This document shows positions 1 to 11,600 of a DNA stretch of 40,061 bases, piece by piece. The DNA comes from Octopus bimaculoides (taxonomy: Eukaryota), in NCBI RefSeq assembly GCF_001194135.2, contig NC_068982.1:96548937-96588997 (forward strand), read 5' to 3'. Positions within the stretch are counted from its first letter, which is position 1; each line of letters opens with the position of its first letter. Both the position numbers and the translations under genes were made by a program. Under the pieces are notes generated by a model. That model ran no database searches. It was not told where the DNA came from and was given only the letters and a program-made list of their open reading frames with translations.

Positions 1-1222
1 GGTCAGAACCAGCTAACAAAGAGATAGAGAGGTGGGGGTCATGCTATTATCAGAAAGCATTACTTCCTATGATAAATTTGTGGAATCACTGACAGAGAGA
101 GGAAGGGGTACAAAATATATATGCTATGGTCTTAGCATATCTTTTGACAGGTCACTAAGAGAGAGGGGGGAAGGAAGGACAAACTAACATAGGGAGTTAG
201 GAGTGTCTATATGCTGGATTCTCATTGCATACCCTTCTCAAAGCTTTTACTAGTCACTGAGAGAGGGGAAGGGGAGACAGAATATTTCGAAAACTGGACG
301 GATTATTTTTTGCAAGAAAGTAACTATTTTATCTAATTTTCCGATTATATAACAGGACATGCGGCACATAGCTTGCATGGCTGTGACTGCACGCCACTGC
401 AAGGGTTTAGTTATCAGAAAGTTAGACAGTGGCAATGCAAACCGATGAGTATAAAGGTTGCCTTCACACGAGTCAGAGGTGTGTGAGTGTGAATTACCAC
501 TATTGTACTTGAGTTATTTGATTATTTCTTTACTTCAGTCTCTGACTGAGGTAGCATTATGGGTTAGTGGATTACTTGCTCATTGCTTGAGGGTTGAAAT
601 CAGCCGTAGACATTTTCACCGTAGTGTGTGCATAACACTTTTACCTTACAATACCTTAGTTCAATTAGCAGTTAAGATTAGATACCAGATATACGAGAAT
701 GTAACATACGATAACACAGCATTACGTTCAAGATAAGATTCATTCCTTCCCTGCTTAATAATTTTCATCTATCATCTCCCTAAATGCTAATAAAGAGGGA
801 GTAAGCACAGATATTTATAATAGCCCAACGCCGATTTATTTCTATTCATGTCCCACTACTCTATACTGAGTGTTAAAACTCAGTTACCTCCCTTGAACCT
901 TGAATTACTGTTGAGGCTTCTGGAAATTATTTGAGTATGACCCATCTTTAAAACTCAAGAAAGCTCTAGGTCATCAGTTGACCTACTAGCGAAAGCAACC
1001 AAATCCCCATCATATTCACCTCACCATCTAGACACACAGTCTCTAAAATATATGCGATGATCATAGTAATAATGCCATTAACTATTGGTCTGTTTGATGA
1101 GAGATAACTTGGGGCTGAATAATAAGAGGTAACATTAGAATCATTGCAATATAGATATAGTTAGTGAGAGCTTTTTAATGCTCCATTCATATTAACACTA
1201 TGCAGATTGTTTATCTCTAAAC

Positions 1223-1354
1223 CAGTGTTTCTCAACCTTTTTACCCTTGCGTAACCCTTAAAATAAATAATGTCTCAAGGAACCCCTGCACAAAAAAAAT
1301 TATATACCATATCTTTCTCATATTTTTTTCATTGTAGTTCACATGGTAAATGTC

Positions 1355-1387
<33 letters not shown>

Positions 1388-1542
1388 NNNNNNNNNNNNN
1401 NNNNNNNNNNNNNNNNNNNNNNNNNNNNNNNNNNNNNNNNNNNNNNNNNNNNNNNNNNNNNNNNNNNNNNATATATATTACGATCATGAAATTAGCATTA
1501 GCTTCTCATTCTTTCATAGGGAACCTCTGTTGAGAAAAGTTG
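1223..1542. mobile_element. hAT (Charlie-type) MITE containing a (TA)n tract and an assembly gap
   Basis: TIRs CAGTGTTTCTCAAC (1223-1236) and imperfect GTTGAGAAAAGTTG (1529-1542). Perfect 8-bp TSD CTCTAAAC at 1215-1222 and 1543-1550. Confidence 0.85.
1388..1470. other. Assembly gap (others at 5138-5263, 27883-28207, 34694-34987)
   Basis: Runs of N, mostly bounded by (TA)n or repeat sequence. Confidence 1.
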
Positions 1543-1764
1543 CTCTAAACAGTTGTATTTTTCTGTGTTAACTAATGTGCAATGCCGTTACTGTTACTTA
1601 GTGATCTCTTATCACTATTTTGGTAAATATTGTGCAGTTACTACTTTGCTGGGAAGATCTAATAAAACTAAAACTTGCCCAAAGTTGGCTCTTGTATTTG
1701 CCAAAATCATATTGGTTTCAAATTTTGGTGCAAGGCCACCAGTTTCAGGAATGGGGAGTGGGGT

Positions 1765-1920
1765 AAGCTTATTACATCAACCCCAATGCTCAACTGGTAC
1801 TTATTTTATTGACTCCCAAAAGCATAAAAGACAAAGTTGACCTTGGTGGAATTTGAACTCAGAACATTAAGACAAAATATGTTACTAAGCATTTTGCCCG
1901 GAATGCTCATGATTCAGCCA
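1765..1920 (-). mobile_element. Degenerate tRNA-derived SINE (same family as 39262-39493)
   Basis: Shares ctggtacttattttat...caaagttgaccttggtggaatttgaactcagaac...ctaagcattttgcccgg with the 39.3 kb copy. Confidence 0.75.
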
Positions 1921-2162
1921 GCTCACCACCTTATTTGCCAAAATAATATTAGTCAGTCATTAATATTAGGTTTTCCTCACTGCATAATTATTTCCATTAA
2001 CTTTATTATTCTTTTAAGTTAAAGGTAGGAGTAATTTACTCTCTAAAAGGATTTGTAGCCATCATTATACAATGGTCATTACCAGTTCTGATTATATTGT
2101 AGTCTCAGGACTATTGTATATTAATGGTTGTAAGATATGAGCTTATGACTGTGTCCTAATGT

Positions 2163-2198
<36 letters not shown>

Positions 2199-2384
2199 TT
2201 ATACTCTAGAGTGGAAAGTTAACCAAAGAGGATTGGTAAAATAGATACCAGTAATTTAATGGAATTCAACTGAATTTCTCCACTATTGGCTCTGTGCCAA
2301 TATTAGTCATTTTTAATGTTAGAAATTATTATTTTAAAGAAAACATTGTTATTTTTCTTATTTAATGAATTCAAATCCTACTGA

Positions 2385-2495
2385 GGCCAATTTTTCTTTC
2401 ATCCTTTGAGGGTTGATAAATAACTACCAGTCAAGAACTACAGTTGGTATAATTGTCTGACCCCTTCCCTACTCAATTTCTGCTCTCCTGCCTTT
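2385..2495 (+). mobile_element. Degenerate SINE fragment (same family)
   Basis: gaggccaatttttctttcatcctttgagggttgataaataactaccag matches the family core. Confidence 0.6.
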
Positions 2496-3899
2496 GCTAG
2501 AAGCAATTATCATTATCTAATATCATTGTTATTATTTAGCCCTTACTTAGACCTAATCTAAGTCCTTCTTAACCATTATTATCCACTCTTCCTTTTTCGA
2601 TGCATAGATATCTCGTTCAGTATTCTTTAATGTGTTCTTCTCTTATTGTTCTGAGTTTATTCTTCTATTGTACTGAAGGTATTCTATGTAAAACGTACAG
2701 TGCCTAGTCTGGTATTTACTGTATGTTGTGTATGTGCATAAATCTTGGGCTTTTGCTTATATACTTGTCTGCATCCCATGTTTTATCATTCATAAAACAT
2801 CTTATGTTCATAGGGATTGTTTCTATTTTCAGTATCTCTATATTCTGGATATCTCTTTATATCCATGTTTTTATGTTTAGATATTTTAGGATTGTACTTG
2901 CTTGGCAAGTAACCTGATCTGAGATAAGGTTCAAATTGGAAGAGCCACAATAACTGTTTAAAGCACACGCGTAAATGTTATATTGTTTTATTTCTTGACA
3001 GTGTTGTATTTTATAGTGTGTCAAAAGTTTCATCCTATTTGTACAACTTGATCATTGACATATTTCCACAAGAATAAAGAGATAACATGTGGTGAAATTG
3101 TGTCAGTGATCAGGTCAAAAATGTACATCACTATGTACATTTTTGATTTTTTTTTAGTTTATCAAGAAATAAGGAAAAAAAGTGAATGTAAAAGTACATA
3201 TATGTGTTTCAAATGACTATCACGATTCTACTATAATTTGATTATTTTATTTGGCTAGTTTCTCCATATGTTTTTGATTTATTATTATTGTTATTATGAT
3301 TATTATTATCCAGTAGAACTTATACATTGATTAGATGTCTAATTTCCAGTATTGTTATGTACACATATATATCATCATTATTATCATTTAACTTCTATCT
3401 TCCATACTGGCATGGGTTAGATGGTTTCACAGGATCTGAGGACTGCATCAAGTTCCATGTCTGTTTTAATATGCTTTCTACAGCTTGATGCCTTTCTAGT
3501 GAAAAGGCTTTAGTGTTGTGCCAAGACAACATTTTTGGTTTCCATTTTGTGTCCTAACCCTAGTATTGCTCAGATTCAACTTTATCCATATTTGTTCAAC
3601 AAGGACAATAAATTGGTGACAGTACCAGATAAAATGTCTTGCGATATCAATGACCCTCTATATTCTGAGTTTGAACCTCACCAGAGTTGGCTTGGCATTT
3701 CATCATTTTAGAGTCAGTGAATTATCGTTACTGAGGTCAATTTAGTCAAGTGTATCTTCATCCAAAATTTATGGCCTGGTAAGTTATCAGTGTTAGAATC
3801 ATTGTTATTATTGCTACTACTAATGGGTTATGTATGGTGTGCTATCACCGTCATATCTTAAATATAAGTCTTCAATATTTGTATATTTTTCTACTTTAG

Positions 3900-4000
3900 A
3901 TGATTTTGAAAGTGTGATGGGCTCCATCAAAACTGAGCTGGAGAGAAGTCTACGGCTAGGTAACCAAAAAGTAATCAAGGCAGCATATGCCAACATTCAG
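3900..4000 (+). CDS. MAP3K2/MAP3K3: MAP3K2/3 exon A (first coding exon found; x[34 protein letters not shown])
   Basis: Acceptor ttttctactttag, donor CAG|gtaact. Starts in phase 1 and ends in phase 0, joining exon B in frame. Loosely resembles the MEKK2/3 N-terminal helix (DxxxALNSIMxDL). Confidence 0.75.
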
Positions 4001-5628
4001 GTAACTTCTACTTAATTTTTAATATTAGAATTACTTGTAGAACTCTGCAACTTTAGAGATTTGAATAAATTATTCATGTTACTGAAGATTTTCAGGTAGC
4101 AGTTCACAGCATATAACCTATGAGATAACATTTAAATCAGTCATGGGCAAACTGAGGCCCATTTGCCTTTCTGAATGACTTGCCTAACTTCATGAGAAAT
4201 ATTAAATTTAACAAAATTTTGTTTTTGCTTCATTTTCTCTCTCTCGCTCTTTCTCTCTTACACACACGCACACAAAGAGATTTGAGGAAGCTGGTCTCAG
4301 AAGAAAATAACTATTAAATGTCCAACAAATTTCCCCTGCTTATTAATGCTTGCTGCTTTGTGGGTACACCAATCAGAAAAATTTAAAAAACTTTTATCAT
4401 TAGCAATCCATCTAATTTTTAACATGCCTCAGTCAATTTGTAACCGTCCAAACATTCAAGAGTCTTAAATTAGCATCCTTATACAGGACACTACATCAAC
4501 AAATGAAAATTATTGATTTAATGTCCAGCTTCTGGTTCCATCACTCATAATGACTTGTTGCATTAATTCAGCAACTGTAATTACAAGGGTGTATCACATT
4601 GCATAGGATTGACAAAACTTTACTTTCAATGTGTAAGTGTGCAAACACTATGCTACATGATACACACATGTAGTCACAGTTGCTGAATTGTCACAAGTTT
4701 TTCTAAGTGTTTTCTAAACATTAATCAATATGTTTGGCAGAGTATATTTGTGGAGACAGCCACAACAAGCATTTAACCCTAACTGCCTTCTTCCAACTGT
4801 TAAAGGAGGATCTGTGATGATCTGGGTGGGGCTATATCTTGGAAATCCACCAACCCAATGGTTTCCCTTCATGGCAGAATTAATAGTCAAGACTATTTAA
4901 ACATTTTATCTGATCAAATTCATCCTATGGTTGCAGAACTATTTCCAGAGGGAAACACAATCTTTCAGGATGATAATGCACCAATTCACACAGCTAAAGT
5001 TGTTACTGAATGGCACGAGGAACATTCTAGTGAAGTTGAACATCTTATCTGGCCACCACAGTCCCCAGATCTCAATATTATTGAACATTTATGGCGCATT
5101 TTAGAAAAACAAGTCGATATCCTCCACCATCATCACTNNNNNNNNNNNNNNNNNNNNNNNNNNNNNNNNNNNNNNNNNNNNNNNNNNNNNNNNNNNNNNN
5201 NNNNNNNNNNNNNNNNNNNNNNNNNNNNNNNNNNNNNNNNNNNNNNNNNNNNNNNNNNNNNNNTATATATATATTATTAGAAACTGGAGAAAACCACAGG
5301 TTAACAAACACATCAATTGGACCACATGTATACCTTATTTTTTAATACAGAGCATGACATAACAAAATAGGTGACATAATATATCTTACGGCCATTACTG
5401 GTCGCTTGCCAAAATGCAGTCTATAAGCTGTTAATGTGTGGTTTTCCCCATTTTCTAATTATTTGTATTGGTTCCTGGTAAACTCTTGTTTATCCTGTTG
5501 TTATCTGCACTCTACGTGTACGGTGTGCCTGCTCACCAATGCCCAGGGATAATACAGGTAACAGATACCGATAGTATATACGGATATTTTATCCCTTAGT
5601 CAGTTACTATAACCGCTAACTCTGTTTA

Positions 5629-5677
<49 letters not shown>

Positions 5678-8600
5678 CACACACACACATACATGCATGC
5701 ATACAGAGAGAGAGGAGTGTGTGTTTTTGTGTCTATTTTTGTCCCCCACTTAACAACTGGTATTAGTGTGTTCAGTTTCCTGTAACTTATCCGTTCAGTA
5801 AAATAGGCCAGTATATAAGTACCAGGTTTAAAAAAAACAAAAAGTACGTAAGTTGATACATTTGACTAAAATTCCTCTAGGCAGCACTCCCACACGGTTG
5901 CAGTCTAATGATTGAAACAAGTAAAAGATCAAAGACATAACAGTTCATGGCTTCATCCCAAAAAAGATTTTTGTAAAAAAGGGAAAATTCCAGGAAAATT
6001 GGACAAATGATTACACCTTTGTTGAAGAAATTAAATAAAACAGACCAGTATGTTTAATATGTTATGAATCTGTCTCCACTTTTAATGAATTCAAAATATT
6101 TTGTGACTTCATAAATTTAATGGAGATATTAGAAAACAAAAAATTAAACCCACATGGCCTAAATATACTCTTCTTTAAAAGGCAGACTGCACTAAAAGAA
6201 ATTGTACATGCAAGCTATGTTGTTGGTGAAGAAATTGCTAAACATTCAAAAAATTATGCCAACAGTGGATGTCTTTCTGCAATAGCTGAAATTTTATGAC
6301 TGTCAAAGTTAAATGTTTGACAGGATTAGCTTGTCTCACAGGACAATAACAAGATAGTTTGAAGAGTGACATGGAGAAGAGAGAGTGATGGCTAACAGTA
6401 GACAGTGGTAATGGTTACAGGTAATGAATACAAACAGCAGACCTAATGCTGCCCCACATTACATGGTATTGTGAGTAAAGCTTAAATACAAACTAAATAT
6501 AAAATGTATAAGATACTATATAAAATGCTTAGACATTGTAACCTATACACAGTATTGCTAGCACTGTGGCCTGTGAAGAAGAGTAACTCATTCACAGCAG
6601 GATTTAAAGTTAGAATGTAATGTATTAGTTATTAAATAACACCACATAGCAGTAAATGTGGGCCAAATTATAAGGGTATGTCAACTGTGAAAGGCTTAAG
6701 GCATTGAGATTGTTAGTTATGCAGTGACACAATGGCTTTATGTAATAATAAACAGATTTGCATTTAACTGCTATGAACTTAGAAGGGTTCACTGACTCTA
6801 ATTAAACTTATTAGATCTATTGGCAATTTTTAGATAAGTTTTATGAGATATTTCATATAAATACTCCAGTTGTATAAGTTTTCTAACAAGATCTTCAGAT
6901 AGATGTAGCAAGATGATGGAATATAATGGACCCGGTACCTAGGTGTCTCCTTAGTGAATATTTAACTATAATCTTGCGTGAATTCCAGTGGCTGTGATGT
7001 AAAGGTACTATATACATTTGCAATATGTCATGCCAGAAAGAGAACCATTATGCAGTAGTTTAATATGCTAGAAATAACAGCTAAATCTTCTTCATGTCAT
7101 ACCCTTTCAAATTGGAAAGAGAAAGACCCATATGCTTTCCACTTGTTGCATGTGGGTGCCATCTTTCAAGTTAATGAACTCAACACTGTGGTTCACTGTT
7201 CTATACTGAAAATTATAACCACCAATTTCAGAAATGTGAGAGTAGGCCTTCTGCAAGTCACTGAGAATTGTGGTTCCTGGAAGAATCAATTAATATATGC
7301 GTTCCTTTGTACATTGGGCCTCACCGAGGCGATGACTACTGACCGAGACCTTTGGAAATGTGCTGTGCGTGAGAAGACCCGGCAAGCCAAGTAAGATCGT
7401 TGCCAGTGCCCCTGGACTGGCTCTTGTGCGGGTGGCACATGAGATGCACCATTTTGAGCGTGGCCGTTGCCAGTACCGCCTGACTGGCTCCCGTAGGATT
7501 TTCGAGCGAGATCGTTGCCAGTGCCCCTGGACTGGCTTGTGCGGGTGGCACATAAAAGACACCATTTCGAGCGTGGCCGTTTTTGTGCGGGTGACACGTA
7601 AAAGCACCCACTACACTCTGAGTGGTTGGCGTTAGGAAGGGCATCCAGCTGTAGAAACTCTGCCAAATTAGATTGGAGCCTGGTGTTGCCATCCGGTTTC
7701 ACCAGTCCTCAGTCAAATCGTCCAACCCATGCTAGCATGGAAAGCGGACGTTAAACGATGATGATGATGATGATGATTCCTCCAGTGTGTTACAATTCCA
7801 GTATGGCACCACATAAAAAAGAAAAAACATGTCTGGTCTGCTACTGTTCATGTAGCACCCTTCCTTAGTTGTCTTGAGAAGACTGTTTCATCTATCACAA
7901 CAATCTTCCCAGGACCACCAATCTGAACTGGATTGTAAAGCAGGACCTCCACACATATTTTTTGAACATAGCTGTTGAAATCAACAGCTATGCAGTGGTA
8001 AGCAGACTAGACCTTGGCTTGTTACTATGGAAACAGGCACCAATATATCTGTGGCTTTTGATTGACTAGAATTACCCAAAATTTGTGAAGTTTAAAAGCT
8101 ATCAACTTCTTATTTATTAATTTATGGCAAATATGAATTTCATTTCCATAATTAGCATACAAAGCTACATCAATACACCAAATTTGAATCAAATGGAACA
8201 AAAAGTCATTGGAAAGTGTGAGCCAAACAGAAAAAAATATACAAAAAATGCTTTGCAGTATTTGTTCTGAGTCTTTACAATTTCAAGTTCAAATCTTGCT
8301 ATGGTAATTTTTGTATCCCTCTGAGGTTGGTATAAAGTACCAGGCAAGACAATCATATTGACTAACCCCACTACCTTCATAATTGTTGACTGCATGCCTA
8401 AATTAGGAACCATTATTGCTGATGTCATCATCATTACTGAGTTGATAGGGTCATTAGGATCCCAGGCAAAATGCTTAGTGGCATTTCATCCATCCAAGTT
8501 CAAATTCTTCTGAGGTCAAATTTGCCTTTCATCTTTTCAGTGTTGATAAAATAAGTACCAGTCAAGTTTTAGGGTCAATGTAATTGACTAGCCCCTTCCC

Positions 8601-11600
8601 ACAAAATTTCAGGTCTTATATGCCTATAGTAGAAAGAATTATTTTTACTACTACTACTGTTTAAAATTAAAAAAATTTTTATTTGTATTTCAGAAAAATG
8701 GTGAGTTCAAGATTAAGTTTGAATACAATTCAGAAAAGAGGTAAGTCCCCTATATATTAATACCTTACATTTTATTTTATGTATTTGTCTCTTTGTACAT
8801 AATTTTATGAATTAGAATAAGAATAAGAATAAGTAACATTTCATCATCACAATTGTTATTGTAAGTTCTTAGAGAGCTGTAGTTCAAGCAACAATAAAAT
8901 GTAAATTAAGTGTAAATGTCTCCTGAGTCCCACAGATCTTTTAATGGCCAGTTATTTTCCCAATTTCATGATTTGAAGTAGTTGAGAAGTAAATCCCTTA
9001 ATAGGATATCAGTCTATCATAAATAACATTCCCAGATCCATCTATTAACAACCTCAAACATCTATGTAAACTGAACTAATATAGAATAGAATGTTCTGCT
9101 CAGAAATACAACTAAACACTAGGAGTAGATCTAACCTTATGATTGGCAGCCAACAGGAGTTAACATCAGCACTACAAGCAAATGAAGGACTTGCTAATTT
9201 TGCAGTGATACCATTACTTAAAGCAGAAAATCTCTCTACTGTAAATATGTAATATATAATATGACTACCAACTAGTTACTTGGTTATCCATTATCTTAGC
9301 CATTCAACCTTGTATGCATTTAATCATATATTTACTGTATTCTAGTGGATTGTATTGTAATTTAGTGTCTTTCTTACTCTTGTTGCTGCTCATAAAGAAT
9401 TTATATTTATTGCTGTATATCTTAGGGCAATCCAAGTGAGTCGGTCGATACCATATGAAGACTTGGTCCATCATGTTATACAACGATATGGTATGAAGCT
9501 GCAAATGTTCTACACCCAACCTAATGGAGAAGTAAGTATTTGTAATTTCTGATATTCACATAAATTTTAGGAGATTGGTATGGTCAGTTAGCTGTTTCTA
9601 CCATAATAATGTTACATAATTGTTTATTCATATGGATGATGTCCAAAAGTAATTCATTTGGATAGTATGGTGAAGTGAACACTTAGCTGAGAAGGTTTAA
9701 TAGCATCAAAACATGTCCAGAGTGGTCTCCCATATTTATCAAGATAACATGATCGTCGTCATTTAACGTCCGCTTTCCATGCTGGCATGGGTTGGACAGT
9801 TTGACTGAGGACTAGTCAGTATGACATTTACATTGTTTTTAGTTTTTAGCTTCTTTTTTTTTTTATTCATCATATAATTGTTTCAGGCTAGGTTATTGAT
9901 CTTCTTTTCTTTAACCCTTTAGCGTTCAAATTAATATGTCAAAAGTAATCCTTATTCATTTACATTTTTAAAAATTAATCTGGTATTATGTTGTAGCTTC
10001 AAGAGTTGAAAGATGTTATTGTTTATTTTTAGAATGACATTGCAGGGTAGGTGTGAGATACTGGTTCTGGCCAGTTTGAGCATAAAATGAGTAGAATATT
10101 TGGGCCGGATATAGCCGGTTTAAACACTAAAGGGTTAAGCATGTTAACATTAACTTAAGCTCATTTTTCCATACATAACAACATACCTCACATTTCTAGG
10201 TGAGGACGTAATCTATTGAATTAAACTCAGTATATTAGTAATACCTTAACAACTCTGACGGGGAAGAAAATGAAGACAACCATGACAAGATGGAAAATCA
10301 AACCATAAAGGAACATAACTAAATACTGTCCAGCATTCTACTCTATCTACCATTCTCTCAAGGGCTTTATTAAGCTAGTGGAAATGAAATGGAATGCTAA
10401 ATATACCCAACTGATGTGTTCAGTTTCTTTTTAGCATTCTATCAGCAAGTTTATCCTGATTAGATAAAAACAGAGGGGAAGTTGAGATTAAGCTGGTTGA
10501 TTACATTGGAATTATGTATGAAAGAGGCTGTGGGAATTTATTGTGTTAATGCTTTTACCACCTGCCATTTTTACAGATGCGAAATAATTTACAGCCTAGA
10601 ACACTATGGCAAGCATTTAATTGTTTTCATCAAAGCAAACTCTGCTGGAGCAACAGTCAGCATTATTTTTAGTTGAATGAGAGGATCCTCTACACAATTG
10701 CTTAGCCTGCTAGAAATAATAGTCAAATCTCTTTCGAATTAACATCTTATCATCTTAAAACAAGAAGGGAACATTGGGTAATGTGGTGCTAAATAGAATA
10801 TGGCCAACAGAAAGATGGAACATTCACAGTTAGAATACCTTTGATCCTAGGTCTGCTTGATCAGAGCTGGCCTTGGGCTAAATAACCACATGTGTGGTTA
10901 TTTAAACTCCTTATTGAAAGATCCACACCAGGTCACTAGACTGTCTATCATACTCTCCACTTATCTTTCTCATTCCTCCTTTTTATCAGGTCATCCCATA
11001 AGTTCTGTCTGATTTTACCTTTTTTCTAAAATTAAATGCAATTTAATAGTATTTTAGAATGTCTAATGGAATTAAAAATTATTTTTATGCATTTGTGTAC
11101 ATTTAAACTAATTAAATATTATTTTACAGAATAATAGAATTAAAATTTCTTTGATTAAAACCCTTTCTAACATGGAAGTATCCAAAGAGCACAAAAATGG
11201 AAACTCTGCAGCCGAAGCAACTCAAAACATACACTCAGTTTATGGGAAAGAATGCGCGAATGAAAGAACTTGCAGAAGATGGTTTGCAAAATTCAGGCGT
11301 GGCAATTTCAGCCTTGAAGTTGAAGATCAAACAGGACGTCCAGTTGAGTTTGTTGATAAGCTCCTTGAGGTATTACTTGAAGAAAATCCTGCATTATCAG
11401 TTGAAGAATTGGCAATAAAGCTTAGTTCAAACCATACAACTGTTCATCGTCATCTTCAACAACTTGGAAAGGTTCCTAAACTTGGAAAATAGGTGCCTTG
11501 TGAATTGTCCAAAAGCAACCGTAAATCTCGAATTGACATCTGCTCTACTCTCCATTCTCGCGAACTCATTTCATCCTTTTTGGATAGACTTGTGACCGGT

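Noticed and set aside
1751-1768. ATGGGGAGTGGG|GTAAGC as the missing first exon
   Set aside because: Phase 0 is incompatible with exon A, and it lies at the edge of a SINE.
3900-3917. ATG at the first base of exon A
   Set aside because: Out of frame (ATG ATT TTG AAA GTG TGA), so at most a tiny uORF.
7395-7590. Repeat-spacer appearance suggestive of CRISPR
   Set aside because: Eukaryotic context, only two long imperfect units, inside a LINE 3' UTR, and no cas genes.
7286-7702. Overlapping 100-140 aa ORFs on both strands (also 27637-28526)
   Set aside because: These are frames through the GC-rich RTE 3' UTR or across N-gaps, not genes.
8694-8706. Strong donor-like AATG|GTGAGT inside exon B (7-nt micro-exon or ATG start exon)
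   Set aside because: Its use breaks the phase with exon C. The full 47-nt exon is needed for PB1 homology.
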